Virus record (IMG/VR): IMGVR_UViG_2687453683_000002
Coordinates: 56,235 to 120,234 of that record
Direction: 5' to 3' (one strand)
Source: a virus
Lineage: Duplodnaviria > Caudoviricetes
Length of the DNA: 64,000 nt
Shown: positions 29,808 to 41,500 of the stretch, piece by piece
Numbering within the stretch: position 1 is the first letter of the stretch
Layout: the number at the start of each line of letters is the position of its first letter
Made by a program: the position numbers and the translations under genes
Notes under the pieces: generated by a model
Seen by the model: only the letters and a program-made list of their open reading frames with translations
Database searches by the model: none
Told to the model about the DNA's origin: nothing

Positions 29808-30362
29808 ATGAAAAGAATACTAGCTCTATTCTGTGCCATGGCGATGTTTGGGTTCGTATTAAGCCCATCTTACGTTGAAGCTGCTACTGTAAATCCAAAG
29901 ACTTTGTTAGAAAAGAAATTCCCTAGAGAGCGTGTAACAGTCAGTAAGTCAGTAGACCTAAACGGAGACAATAAGAAAGAACACTTGTTGATCACTGAAT
30001 CAGGCAACTTTTATCTTATTAATTCCAAAGGTGTCATAGTACTTATAGATACAAATTACTATAGCGATGAAGAACCAACAATCCATATCCTCAATGTTTC
30101 GGCTAAAGAAAAGCAAGTAGCTGTTACTCTTGACTATTTACCATCAAATACAGAACTGCTCGTTTATAAATATCAGAATGGTACTCTTAAAAAGAAGTTA
30201 TCTGTTATGGGTGATGTTGGAATAGAGATTTCGAAAACCGGGGAAATAATTCAAATGTGGAAGAATTACTATCCAGAAGGTGGTTGGAAGATCGCAGTTG
30301 CAAACTATAAGTGGAATAGTAAGAAAGATAAATATGTAGGTTCAGGTGAATTACCACGATAA
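29808..30362 (+). CDS. Secreted hypothetical protein
   Basis: Signal peptide ending VEA; DLNGDNKKE loop. Confidence 0.7.
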   Translation: MKRILALFCAMAMFGFVLSPSYVEAATVNPKTLLEKKFPRERVTVSKSVDLNGDNKKEHLLITESGNFYLINSKGVIVLIDTNYYSDEEPTIHILNVSAKEKQVAVTLDYLPSNTELLVYKYQNGTLKKKLSVMGDVGIEISKTGEIIQMWKNYYPEGGWKIAVANYKWNSKKDKYVGSGELPR

Positions 30363-30669
30363 GACAAATAAGACTCTTTCGACTTAGTTTCGTGAGAGTC
30401 TTATTTTTGTTCAATTATGCAAAGCTTAAACTAAGTATCAACTCCTCTTGCTTTGCCGACCTAGGGCATAAGCCGTCACATAATTGATCCTGTCGTTACC
30501 CAGTGCAGGTAAGTTTGTCTCTCCTGTTACGATAGAAAGTTTATTTGCGCCAGCCACGCCCATCGTAGTCGTTACTGTACTCTTCTTCCTAGTGACGACA
30601 GTACCTATTATTTCGTAAGCTGTGATGCACTTTTTTTTTACTCATAGTAAAAGGAACCCCAAACGAAGC

Positions 30670-31083
30670 TTATTTCAATACGATAAAGATATTTTCAATG
30701 TACTTCCCGTATGTATCTTCCCAATGATGATTTGAATCAGCTTTAGAATCAAAGAAAAAACTCTCTCCTGATCTGAGTTTTATTTCAAGTTGCCTCTCTT
30801 CTTGGCGCGAATTTGACTTAATAATCCTTAACGTCTCGACTTGAAAATTTTTATAATACATGACATCAGATGCTCTTGCGTTTTGCCTGAAACGAATAAT
30901 ACTTTTTTCTGTGAATATAAAAAACTCAACTTCTGCACTATCTGTAAAAAAATTTTTGGGATAGAAGGCTCTTACTTCATCATCGGTAACGTATTTTTGA
31001 ATATTTGATAAAATCTTCGTATATCCACCATACGAGATACTACCCATTTCTCTTTTGAAATCATGATAACTGTTCATTTTCAC
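30670..31083 (-). CDS. Hypothetical protein (DUF3908-like)
   Basis: 137 aa; FYPKNFF and FDSKADSN motifs recalled from this family. Confidence 0.5.
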   Translation of the reverse strand: MKMNSYHDFKREMGSISYGGYTKILSNIQKYVTDDEVRAFYPKNFFTDSAEVEFFIFTEKSIIRFRQNARASDVMYYKNFQVETLRIIKSNSRQEERQLEIKLRSGESFFFDSKADSNHHWEDTYGKYIENIFIVLK

Positions 31084-32338
31084 TCAACTCCCTCTTGATA
31101 CGATAGTTCGACAGGAAGGAATAATATCCCTCTTTTAACATCGTCTATGGGGCAATTGAAGAACGCCTTCCGGTTTAGTCCTTGTGACATATGGTTATTT
31201 TCGGTATACAATAGACTTTACTCCAAGAAAGAAGTGAAACCGGGTGAATCGACTGAGATTGAAGATTGAACTTTTGTTCAAAACATTCACAGTCCGTATC
31301 GTTATTTTTAGACGTTAATTGCGATACGGCATCCGGACCTGAAATAAAATAAATGCCCTAGAAAAGGTCGCATGTAAAAGTGCGTGAACCGATCAATGGG
31401 TCGCACTCCTATTGGAATGCGTAAACGAAATCTCTGACCCTAGGTTCAGCGGCTGAAAAGCCTCGTCCTAGGGTTTTATAAGTAAAAATAATACTTGTTA
31501 ATCTAATTCATAGAATTTCTAGCAATGGAACCTCCTAACGGGGAGCCATGTGATCAAAAACTTATAATCTGAATGTTGTACGTCAAGACCACAATCTCTT
31601 GACTGTCTTTGATCTGGTTTTTGAAATCTTATACTGTATTATGCTTTGCTCAACGCAACAAGTTCTTCGATCTCCGAAAGCTTGTACGAGATATTATGTT
31701 TTGAGTAACCCTTGAAATTTCCATATGGAATCATGTTAGATATATAACGTTATTTCGCTTATAAACTCAAAGCTCAATCTTTAAAATGTACTCATTTGAT
31801 GGTAAGACTAAATTAATCTTTACAGGCAAAGGTAATTCAAACTCTTTTATTATTGCTCTGACATAGCACTCTGCACTTCGCTTCTGTATATCCCATGGGA
31901 AATAAATTGTGTGATTGTTCATTTACTGTCCTCCATGTTGCCAGGCTTAGTATTTAGTCATGAGAGCATTACTTTTGCTATGAATGAAAAAACTTGCCTA
32001 CCCTTAAATACTTCAAATGAATGAAAGTTTTGTGGATCAATAAACGTTGAATCAATTAAAATTATGTAATCAGACCCGTATTAGAACTTATATTCAAACG
32101 ATAAACTGCACGATTCATGAGTAGTGAGTTTTTAACCATACTACTATCAATCATTTCTCACCATCCTTTATAAGTCATGAATAGTAATTATCCATTTTAG
32201 GATCATAGTTTTCTTTCATACAAATACACTTAAATTTATTTATGGCTTTAATCCTTTAAACTGAGCCGCAGTTAGATTTATGTTCCGCGATTCTCACGGC
32301 TCCATTACCTAATATCATAATTCACTAACCAGACGGAT

Positions 32339-32506
32339 CTAACTGGATGATGTTTTTGTATCATTGTTGTGTTGATTTATTAATTCATCTAATAGTTCGG
32401 ATTGACTGATAACCAGAGAATGTTCAATACCGTGGATGCTAACTAACTTGTTTAAGACATACCTCTCTTGTTCTATTTTTTCTTTAATTGTAGGATTAGT
32501 TGACAT
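32339..32506 (-). CDS. aloA: Spo0E-like aspartyl-phosphate phosphatase family protein (AloA-like)
   Basis: Hand-translated 55 aa MSTNPTIKEKIEQERYVLNKLV...VISQSELLDELINQH with a Spo0E-type S(Q/E)xLD motif; GAGGTG RBS; below the ORF-track cutoff. Confidence 0.85.
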   Translation of the reverse strand: MSTNPTIKEKIEQERYVLNKLVSIHGIEHSLVISQSELLDELINQHNNDTKTSSS

Positions 32507-32584
32507 CGCCAATCACCTCTATAACTAATCCTATCTCTTTCTATTCAAATTCAAGACTGGTGAATTTATACAAAAAAGACAATT

Positions 32585-32611
32585 AAAAAAACCTCCATTC
32601 CAGGAGGTTTT
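32585..32611 (-). terminator. Intrinsic terminator between aloP and aloA
   Basis: AAAACCTCC-TGGAAT-GGAGGTTTTTTT. Confidence 0.75.
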
Positions 32612-32629
32612 GGACATTATTATTCTGTT

Positions 32630-32782
32630 TTACCAACCGCCAGCACCGTGTGAGCTCGTTTTTATTATGGAAATATCTTTTTTTGGAATAACTTCGTTGT
32701 TACCAGCTGATACCTGATTAAGTGGAGCAATTACCAAAATTGCTAAAGTCACGGCCAAAGATGCGATCATCATCTTCTTCAT
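32630..32782 (-). CDS. aloP: Secreted signalling pro-peptide (AloP-like); predicted mature C-terminal peptide around SHGAGG(W)
   Basis: Hand-translated 50 aa MKKMMIASLAVTLAILVIAPLNQVSAGNNEVIPKKDISIIKTSSHGAGGW; ATGA overlap with the receptor stop codon. Confidence 0.85.
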   Translation of the reverse strand: MKKMMIASLAVTLAILVIAPLNQVSAGNNEVIPKKDISIIKTSSHGAGGW

Positions 32783-34170
32783 ATAACTAATTCTACCTCC
32801 TTTAAAATTGCTTTATACTTATCTAGTTGATCCTCTGTCGCTAAATGCCTCAATTTCTCAAATAAACAGAAGCATCTGACCAGATAAGTATCATTATTTA
32901 GTTTAGCAGATATTGCCAAACTATCTAACACAAAGATTATACCAATACTAGGACGCAGAGATCTAATATAATATTCAGCTAAATCAGCTAAGAAAATCAC
33001 AAATCTGTCGTTAATTACTTGCGAAGTGTACGTTCCCACCCTTTTTTGGGAGATTACCTGATTATGAATCATATCATGGTAACGCTCTAAAATGTGGTCG
33101 ATGTTGAAGGAGTATTTCAGCGCTGCTCTGACAACTTTGAATAGACCTAGAAGTATTTCGTTATCATTGTTAGCCAGGGAATCTACATACTTATCAATAA
33201 GATCGATATCCCCTGTCATTATTCTATAAAGCATTCTATTAGCGGCGGACCAGACTAAAAATTGTTTCTTAGTATGTTCAGCAGCAGCGTCAGTTTCAAC
33301 GATCCAACTGTGATCCTCATATTTTTCTAAATGGTAAAAAGCTTCATTGAAATCCTGAGCCTCTTCAGCGACTGTCCCTAATAGCAAATGTGAATACAAT
33401 ATATATCCAAACAACATTTTTTTGGGAGCAGTTGATTCTACCTTATTGCCTGTTCTTTTATGTTTTAGATCATATTGTATTCTAGCTATTCGACCCATTT
33501 CAGTGCTTAATTGTTTTGCCTTCTCCCACTTCTGCAAAGAAACGTATACGTTAGCTAGATCTTTCAACGCATCTAACTGTTCTGATTCACTTAGCCTTTT
33601 GACAAACGGCTCGAATACTAGAGCAAGCTCATAATTAATTTGCTGGTCATCCCCTAGTGATAATTTAAAGATTCTATATTGGCATATCGCCAACCTTTCG
33701 GCGTGCTGATAACGTTCTCCTTCTGAGACTTTTTTATAGATAAGAAGTGATGCCGTGGTGTTGCCTCCTTCAAACAGAGACTCAGCAAAATTAAATAAAG
33801 AAGAAATATAGTAAGATTTCTCCAACATAAGATCAACAATTTTTTCAATACAGGTTAGCTTATTTAACTGTGAGCATCTAATTAGAAACGGCCGTAACCT
33901 TCTCCAATCTGTTGATGGATCAATTAGCAGCTCATCTACATATAAATCATAAAAAGTGCCCTCTTCAAGTCCCATTGTGTATGTCATTCTATCAAGAGCT
34001 TTGATCGGAATGAGTTGAGAACCATTTATGAAACGACTCAGAGTTCCAGAATTAATACCCGATATTTCAGCAAAATGATAAACAAGCATTTGGTTTTCTT
34101 CTATGTAATTTAACAACTCTGCCCGAATTGATTGTTGAGTTATCACTTCCAAGGATGATTTCACCTCCAC
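32779..34170 (-). CDS. aloR: RRNPP-family peptide receptor, HTH plus TPR-like helices (AloR-like)
   Basis: N-terminal XRE HTH (FAEISGINSGTLSRFING), helical repeats, and receptor-propeptide-Spo0E synteny. Confidence 0.85.
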   Translation of the reverse strand: MEVKSSLEVITQQSIRAELLNYIEENQMLVYHFAEISGINSGTLSRFINGSQLIPIKALDRMTYTMGLEEGTFYDLYVDELLIDPSTDWRRLRPFLIRCSQLNKLTCIEKIVDLMLEKSYYISSLFNFAESLFEGGNTTASLLIYKKVSEGERYQHAERLAICQYRIFKLSLGDDQQINYELALVFEPFVKRLSESEQLDALKDLANVYVSLQKWEKAKQLSTEMGRIARIQYDLKHKRTGNKVESTAPKKMLFGYILYSHLLLGTVAEEAQDFNEAFYHLEKYEDHSWIVETDAAAEHTKKQFLVWSAANRMLYRIMTGDIDLIDKYVDSLANNDNEILLGLFKVVRAALKYSFNIDHILERYHDMIHNQVISQKRVGTYTSQVINDRFVIFLADLAEYYIRSLRPSIGIIFVLDSLAISAKLNNDTYLVRCFCLFEKLRHLATEDQLDKYKAILKEVELVI

Positions 34171-34988
34171 TGATAATCCATTTTTTATGTCTTTATTATC
34201 TATATAGGTATCATATGGATTATTCTACCATCGGTCAATGGTTTTTCTGCAATAATACTTGAACAATTGAATTTCGCAGAATTATTAGTTAACTTTTCAT
34301 ACGAACAAAAAAAGGTACCAAAGAACCCAGCCCATTTAGGAACTTCATCTAAAATTAGATTTGATGTTGAACCAGTAATCACTAGTATATTGGAAATTGT
34401 TTAAACAATCGACTTATCTAATCTTTCTAGAAGACTACTTACAACCAACACATATACAGTCTATGATTAGCTTCCTTGCGCTTGTATTTTTAAAGACAAG
34501 AACCCCGATCAAAATATAATGATTGGGGTTTGTGTAAAAATAATATTCTAATCACTTTATGAGTTTGTAATTATAGTTCCTACTAGGATGAATCACGAGT
34601 CATTCTCAAACTTGTGCAACTTTACTGGTAAAATTCCCTCTCCCTTCACATTACTCTGGTTGGCAAACTTCTCTAAAGCTTCCAAACATGCTTGTCTTTT
34701 AATTACGTCATTTCATTCTGATGGGCATAACTCTTTCTCCTCAGGAGACTGTCCATTTTTGGAAATGCATAAGTTCCTCTTCTTGATTCTCAACCCAACC
34801 TAGCCTCAAAATTTCCTTGTATTGTAACTATTATTATTTTTTAATGTAAAGACAAATAAAATCTATTACAATGGCGTTAGATCAGTATTTTGCAATTAAG
34901 ATTCTTTCATGAAAAAAGCCTTAGAGTTCTTAAACTCTAAGGCTAAAATTATTTTCACAAACACCACTTATTATAGATTCAGGAGTTA

Positions 34989-35513
34989 TTAGGTTATTTC
35001 ATTCAATATATTAAGGGTTTTAAAAGCTGTTAGAGCATTAGCTTTTGAAGCATATATCTGTGGGCTCTCCAAATTGCTTAACTGAAAAATCTCTCCTGAT
35101 TCAAAAACGATAAATCTTCTGAGTAAATCAACTAATCTCTCTTGATCTAGATCTTTATAAGCCTCTGATGTAAATGTTGCCAAAATATGATCAAAATCGA
35201 CTTGTTTACTCCTCGCTATATAGGCATTATAATCAAAAGCCGCAATCGTAAAATTTTCCGGTAATGCGTATATTTCAAGTGATTCTAAATATTCCGCTTT
35301 TTCGAAAGATTTTAATAGTTTTTTTTCAGTACGAACCAACGTCCTGAGCTTTCCACCTTGGAATGAATCACCTGAAATTCCGATATAATTAGGCTTAAAA
35401 TTTAAACTGGTAATAATCTCTTTTGAAATATGATAAAAATCATTCCACTGATTGATATTATTTGGTTCGATTTGCCCATATAATACTATCGATGTTGTTA
35501 ATCTTTCCTCCAT
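34989..35513 (-). CDS. Putative immunity protein for the Rhs toxin
   Basis: 174-aa AT-rich cytoplasmic ORF starting 12 bp after the toxin stop, followed by a terminator. Confidence 0.7.
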   Translation of the reverse strand: MEERLTTSIVLYGQIEPNNINQWNDFYHISKEIITSLNFKPNYIGISGDSFQGGKLRTLVRTEKKLLKSFEKAEYLESLEIYALPENFTIAAFDYNAYIARSKQVDFDHILATFTSEAYKDLDQERLVDLLRRFIVFESGEIFQLSNLESPQIYASKANALTAFKTLNILNEIT

Positions 35514-35525
35514 GTACTACCTCCG

Positions 35526-38500
35526 TTATTTTTTTGGTGGCAAAATATAGATGTCGCCTGCTCTATTCCCCATAAGTCTTTGATTGTCCTGCATCCGTTT
35601 TATTAAATCAGAAACTCTATCAGTTTTACTCGGAACCTCATATTGATCTATTTTACCGTCTCTTCTAACTGACATTATATCAGGTCTTCTATTAGGGCTG
35701 ATGCCCTTTATCTCATTCCCCATTCCTTTATTAAGATATACCTTAACAATATCCTTACTTTGAGCTAATTTTGTAGCTTTTTCGGTCATTGCCTCCCAGT
35801 GACCAGGTGTTTTGTTAGTATGCGGCTTGCTTGGATATACAATCTTAGAATTAGTTGTAGTAGATTTTACGGTTTGACTTACTCTCGACGCCTGAATTGA
35901 TCTAACTTCAGACTTCAGCGAATCAACAGATGGGGGCTTTACAAATTTTAAACTACTGGATGATCTTGAGCTATTCGGTGTTCTAAAAGTTATTCGGCTT
36001 ACTGGAGAAATCCCTCCTCCACCGCCACCTGGACTCATTTCTTCTCTATGACCACTAGGATCAACATAAATCAGTGGATTGTTCTTAACATACGCATACA
36101 AATTCAAACTCAGCGGATCGTTTAGCTCACCCTCAAAAGTGTCCTCATTAATAAACCTACCCGTATTCGGATCATACCATCGCGCACGCAAATACTGCAA
36201 CTGAGCCGTATCATCCCATAGCTCGCCAGAGTACAAGAAAGGATTATGAACTTTCTCCTCTTTCGACTCGACGTTCCCCCAGGCGTCAAACTCATACTTG
36301 TTCAGCAACGCACCGTTGGCATCCCGCAGCTCGGTAACATCTCCGTGTCCGTTCGTTTGCACATACGCCTTGCTACCAGTCGCATAGACAATAGCTTCCA
36401 GCTTAGCACCACGAATATAGTTGGCCTTTAGTTCCGGCGTGCCATTGCGCACCTCAGCTTCAGCAATGATCTGAGCAACATCATCATAGTAATAACGAGT
36501 GGTCACACCATTTTCAGCACGTTCAACCAGCAGATTGTCACCATTGTACTGATATCCCACTTTTGCTGTATCTGTGGTGACTTGAGTCAAACGATCTCGG
36601 GTATCATACTGATACTCGGTCTTCACCGTGTTAACTTCCTTGTCCGACTGCATCGTCAGGCGGTTGCCTTGTTTGTCATATGTGTACTGCTCGTTATTAC
36701 CACTTGCCGTAACAATGCGATCGAGCTGGTCATACGTAAAGTCATCTTGAACGCCCTGCTGTACACGCTTCGTTATATTTTTGTTGTTATCATAACTGTA
36801 GCTGTATACACCTAAAATAGCTTCATCACGCACTTGCTCCAGACCGACAAGATCCAGACCGTTATACGTTTTGCGATCTTTCACACCATTTTGAAACTGT
36901 GATGACTTAAACAATCCATTCAGGTAATACGAATACTGCGCATCTGGTGCATCCTTCTCTGTTCCCACCGAAGTCATTCGGTTCATTGTGTCATACGTGT
37001 AATAGACGGTGTTGCCAAACGGCCCCTTCATCTCGGTTCGATTGCCACTCAGATCATAGATGAACTCGATTGTAAGCCCATCCGGATAGGAGAGTCGTGT
37101 CAATTGTTCCGTCGCTGAATCATATTGATATCCTGTTGTACCCGTGCGGTCTGTCATACTTGTACGTTTACCTACAGCATCTACAGCATAACTGATCGTT
37201 TCGTCTGAGCTCACTTTACGGAGCAAGTTACCGCGCAAATCATACTCATATGTGAATGTATTTCCATTGCGATCCACATATTTCGTCAGGTTACCGCCAG
37301 GTGTATAGTAACTTTTCGTAGCGTTGCCTGACTTGTCCTTCGTCTGAATACGGCGATTAAGCTGATCATACCTATTCTCTTTGATGTTACCCGCTGGATC
37401 AATCGTCTTGAGTAGATTGCCTGCAAGATCGTAGCTGTATTGTGTCTGTTCCCCATTAGCGCTGGTCACTTGGCGAAGCTGCCCCATGACATCATAACTG
37501 AACGCGGTGATGTTACCGTTGCCATCCGTTTGCTCCAGCGTTTGACCGCTAATGTTATCGTATTTATTTTGCTCCAGTATTCGGGAAACTTGATCAATCT
37601 GTGTTTTCTCTTCTGTTTTGATATCTTTGCCCCACTTGTCGTAGGTGGAAATCTGGATGTAACCTTCGGCATCGGTACTTGTCGCTGTGCGAGCTACATC
37701 ATCATATTTCATGGATATGGACGTACCATCGGCTCCAGTGGTCATTACCACACGGCTCCAGTTATCGTACGTATTACGTATGCGATTACCCAGTGCATCG
37801 TCTGTCCAGGTAGCTCGGCCATACGGATCATACCCGGTACGCTGAGATACCACGTAACTGTTCCCTGAGAAATAACCGTTTTCGATCGCTTGACCTAGTG
37901 AATTCCATTTGATCAAACGTTGTTGTCCGAGCTCATCCGTCACTTTGATCGTATTGTTGATATCATCATAATCCGCGCGGAGCATGGTTCCGTCTGGTTG
38001 TGTCACTTCAGTGGTTCGACCAACGGCATCCAAGCGATATTTTGTTGTACGTTGCTCTGCATCCGTAGATGCAATTAATGCACCCGTAGACAAGTCATAT
38101 TCCGATAATGAGTTTATCTGTGTTGTTTGACCATCCACATCGGTTACCATCGTGCTTAGACGAGTTGGAAATGCGTTTTGATAACGACCATCATATTCGA
38201 GTGTCGCATTTCGTTCCTGTTTGCCATCCGATATCCGTTGAGTTAATAAGTTGCCATAGGCATCATAGGTGTAATCTGCCTGTGTCAACAGTTCACCACT
38301 GGTACTGTCTTTACGGTTCACAATTTGCTTAATTTTACCCAGGTTATCCCGTGTAAGAGCCGTATATTTCTTGTTGGTTGCATCCACCATGTCGGTGACA
38401 CTCATTAACCAGTGTCTGGTATCATCATACGTACTAGTGGTGGTGCGTCCCGTTGCATCCGTTACCGAGGTGATATTGCCGTAGTCATCCAACTGTACGG

Positions 38501-41500
38501 TGGTCGTTAATACGTCCTTAGCCTGGTTATCCGTTACAGTAGTGACCGTTGGTGTTGGTGCAGCATAACCACGTCCTTTGACGGTTTTACCATAGGTATT
38601 CGTTGTTGTTTGGGTCTTACCCTCTGCATTAACAATGGTTCCGTCCAGATAGAACTGGGCTGGTGTATCATTGTTAATAAAATCTTTACGGTAGTTATAT
38701 TGTGTGTTGGTTAATCCATTACTCACCGAGACAGCAAAAGTTGTGTCCTGTGAAAATGTTGCTCCTAGATCTGAGGTGTAGCTATACGTTTGACGGTTGA
38801 AATCCTCTGTTGTTCCATTTTCATACGTAATCTGATCTTTACGAGAAAGCACACGATAGGCATCATTGAACGAATCTTCACCAATGTAACGCTTAACTGT
38901 TCCATTCTCATATTCATAGAACGTTTTGGCCCCCGTGTTATGTTGTACAGATGTTAGCAAAGCATACGGATTAAGCGCCGCACGTTCCGGGCTGAATCCA
39001 GGTAGGTTAAACTTGGCATCAGCCAATTTGTAAGAATAGGTTGTTTTTCGTCCCAGCGGATCGATGACCGAATCGAGTAGTTCGATGCCATTTTTCGTTT
39101 GTTTGTTATACGTGACTGTACGGTTTCCTTGCACGATCGTTACAGTTGAAGAACTATAGCTGATACGAATGGTATTACCAATAGCATCCTTCACTTGGGT
39201 TAACAATTTGCTGTTATACACCGAATTATTTTCATAGAAAAATTGAACATCATTTTTCTGCCCATCGGAAATCTGGAGTAGATGTCCATCCACAGAAAAA
39301 TATTGCTTGGTTAATCCATCTGAAGAAGTCATGACGAGAGATGAGGTTTCACCATTTACCGTTACCGAGGTATTTGGATTTACTGTAATCCCTTCCCAGT
39401 CATAGCCTTTAAGCGTGTTACTTGCAATTTCATAGCGGCCCCCATCTGCCATGACCATATACGACTTGCCATTCTCCGTTTCAATGTAAGGCAGTTTCCA
39501 GGACCATCCCTTACCAAGTGGTGCTCGTTTGTCTGAAGCAGCAGGAACCGTTTTGTTGTAGTAAGTGACATCAAAGTTACTACCTACTTGATAAGCACGT
39601 ATCTCAGCAGATGGACTAGAAGCCAGATAATAGTTGTAGCTACTATCCATTGAAGTAGAGATCCCTTTTCCAGCATTACTATTTACGATATTTTTCAAAT
39701 CGTTAACTGCTGACCAATCGGGTGTACCATCCGTATATAAAGTGATAGTCTCAGCAGGACCTTCTGTTACTTCCTGCTCTACCCAAGGTTGCTCTCTCAC
39801 GGCATAAGCATAACGATACTGGTATGGAGCTTTACCTGCAATCCAAGAATCATAACGCTGTTGAGAATACTGCCCAGGCTTAACGACACTTCCTACATAA
39901 GATTGAGAGTATATTCGGGTGTCTGATTCTGGAATGGATACGGACCCGTTATAACGTGCTTCCCATGATTTAGTACACACATAGTTCGCTACCGATTTAT
40001 CTGGTGATGGACAAGCTTTCGTAGCCGTCACCGAGGAACGGGTTAGCGTAATCGTTTTGCCCTCAACGGTCGCTGTTTTCGTATCCGGACATGGGCTTCC
40101 TGACCCTGTCTGAGTCCAGACACCTTTGGAGTCATATTTTCCTGGAATAGAGTTCGTGCACGTCTGCGTTGGAGCAGTAATTGTACGTGCAGGTTGATAT
40201 TGGCCAGAAATGACCTGAGCACTGCCTGATTTGTTTAGAGTACCGCTAAATCCACCCTGATTATAACTTATACTCGAAGGTAGACTACTCAGGCTTCCGC
40301 TACGGGTTTGTTGCTCTGTACGGCTTTCCGATGGATTCCAAAATGCGATTTGTGTACTTGCTGCTTTCCGAGCCTCAGCTTCAGTTGCATACGTACCTTG
40401 CAGTACAGTTGGTGTTTCCACCACGATCGTGTCATTATCTTTTATACCGTCGCCATTGTAGTCTTCTTGGACCCACTTATTGAGTTTGTATTTGACATGA
40501 TATTTAGTAATAATTTTTTTCTTCACTGCCTGATAGGTGAGAAAATAATTGTAGACCGGATACTCATATGTATTCGTTCCCACGGCCGGATCATAAAACT
40601 GGGCTGAATTCGAGTTATATTGCCTTTCCAACGAAAAGGACATTCCCGCACGTCCAGGCAAAGACGCATCGACATGCTCCAACATAAGACCACCACTCAT
40701 AGTCGAAATGGTTTCTCCGTTTTCACCCACGGTATAAGGAGCCTCGTTAAACGACTTTTTACTATAGACTGGTGCTTTTTCAGCGATATGTTTCCCTGGA
40801 TCTGGGATACTCGTTTGTCCTGCAAGTGGTTTTACTTCTGATTTTGATTTTTGCTTTAATGTTGATGATGACTCGGATTGCTTTTTATTCGTAATTGAAG
40901 CATCATTGTTCTCCTTAACCTGTCCCTTTTCAGGCACAGGTTTGGATAACTTTTCCGAGATGTTCTTCGGTTCTGATTTCGATTCCATCGACGTAGGAGA
41001 TATACTTTCTGCACTTCCTTGTGATGATGGTGTTTCCTTGGACTCAGCAGCCGGCTTTCCTTCGAGATTAGAATTGTTGTCGCTTGAAGGTGCTGTCGGT
41101 CCTTGACCTACATCCTGATTTGTTTGAGGTGCGTTTTCATCATCAGTTGTAGTTTCTGTCGGTGGTGCTTTTCCTTCAGACTCTGTTTCACCTTCCAATT
41201 GCTCTTCTGCATCGATCTGTTCTTTTTCTTCACCCTCAACTTCTTTGTCTTCCTCTTCTTTCGATTCGTTCTCTTTCTCAAGGTCTGTACTTGGCGGGGC
41301 TTTCAGTTCCTCTTCCACCGCGAACGTTTCATACTGCTGCATAATGCTGGATTGGTCGGCTTCCACACCCGTGATTGGTGTTTCTTCAGCTACAGCTGAA
41401 TCCGTATAAACATCACTTGTGACCGTAGCGGATTCATTAACTTCCTGTGGGCGTACTGACTGCAAGGCTTCGTCGAATCCAATCTGTTCGTCTCTGGCTT

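Noticed and set aside
31380-31410. GTGCG as a group II intron 5' end or retron ncRNA
   Set aside because: No reverse transcriptase gene or domain V seen nearby.
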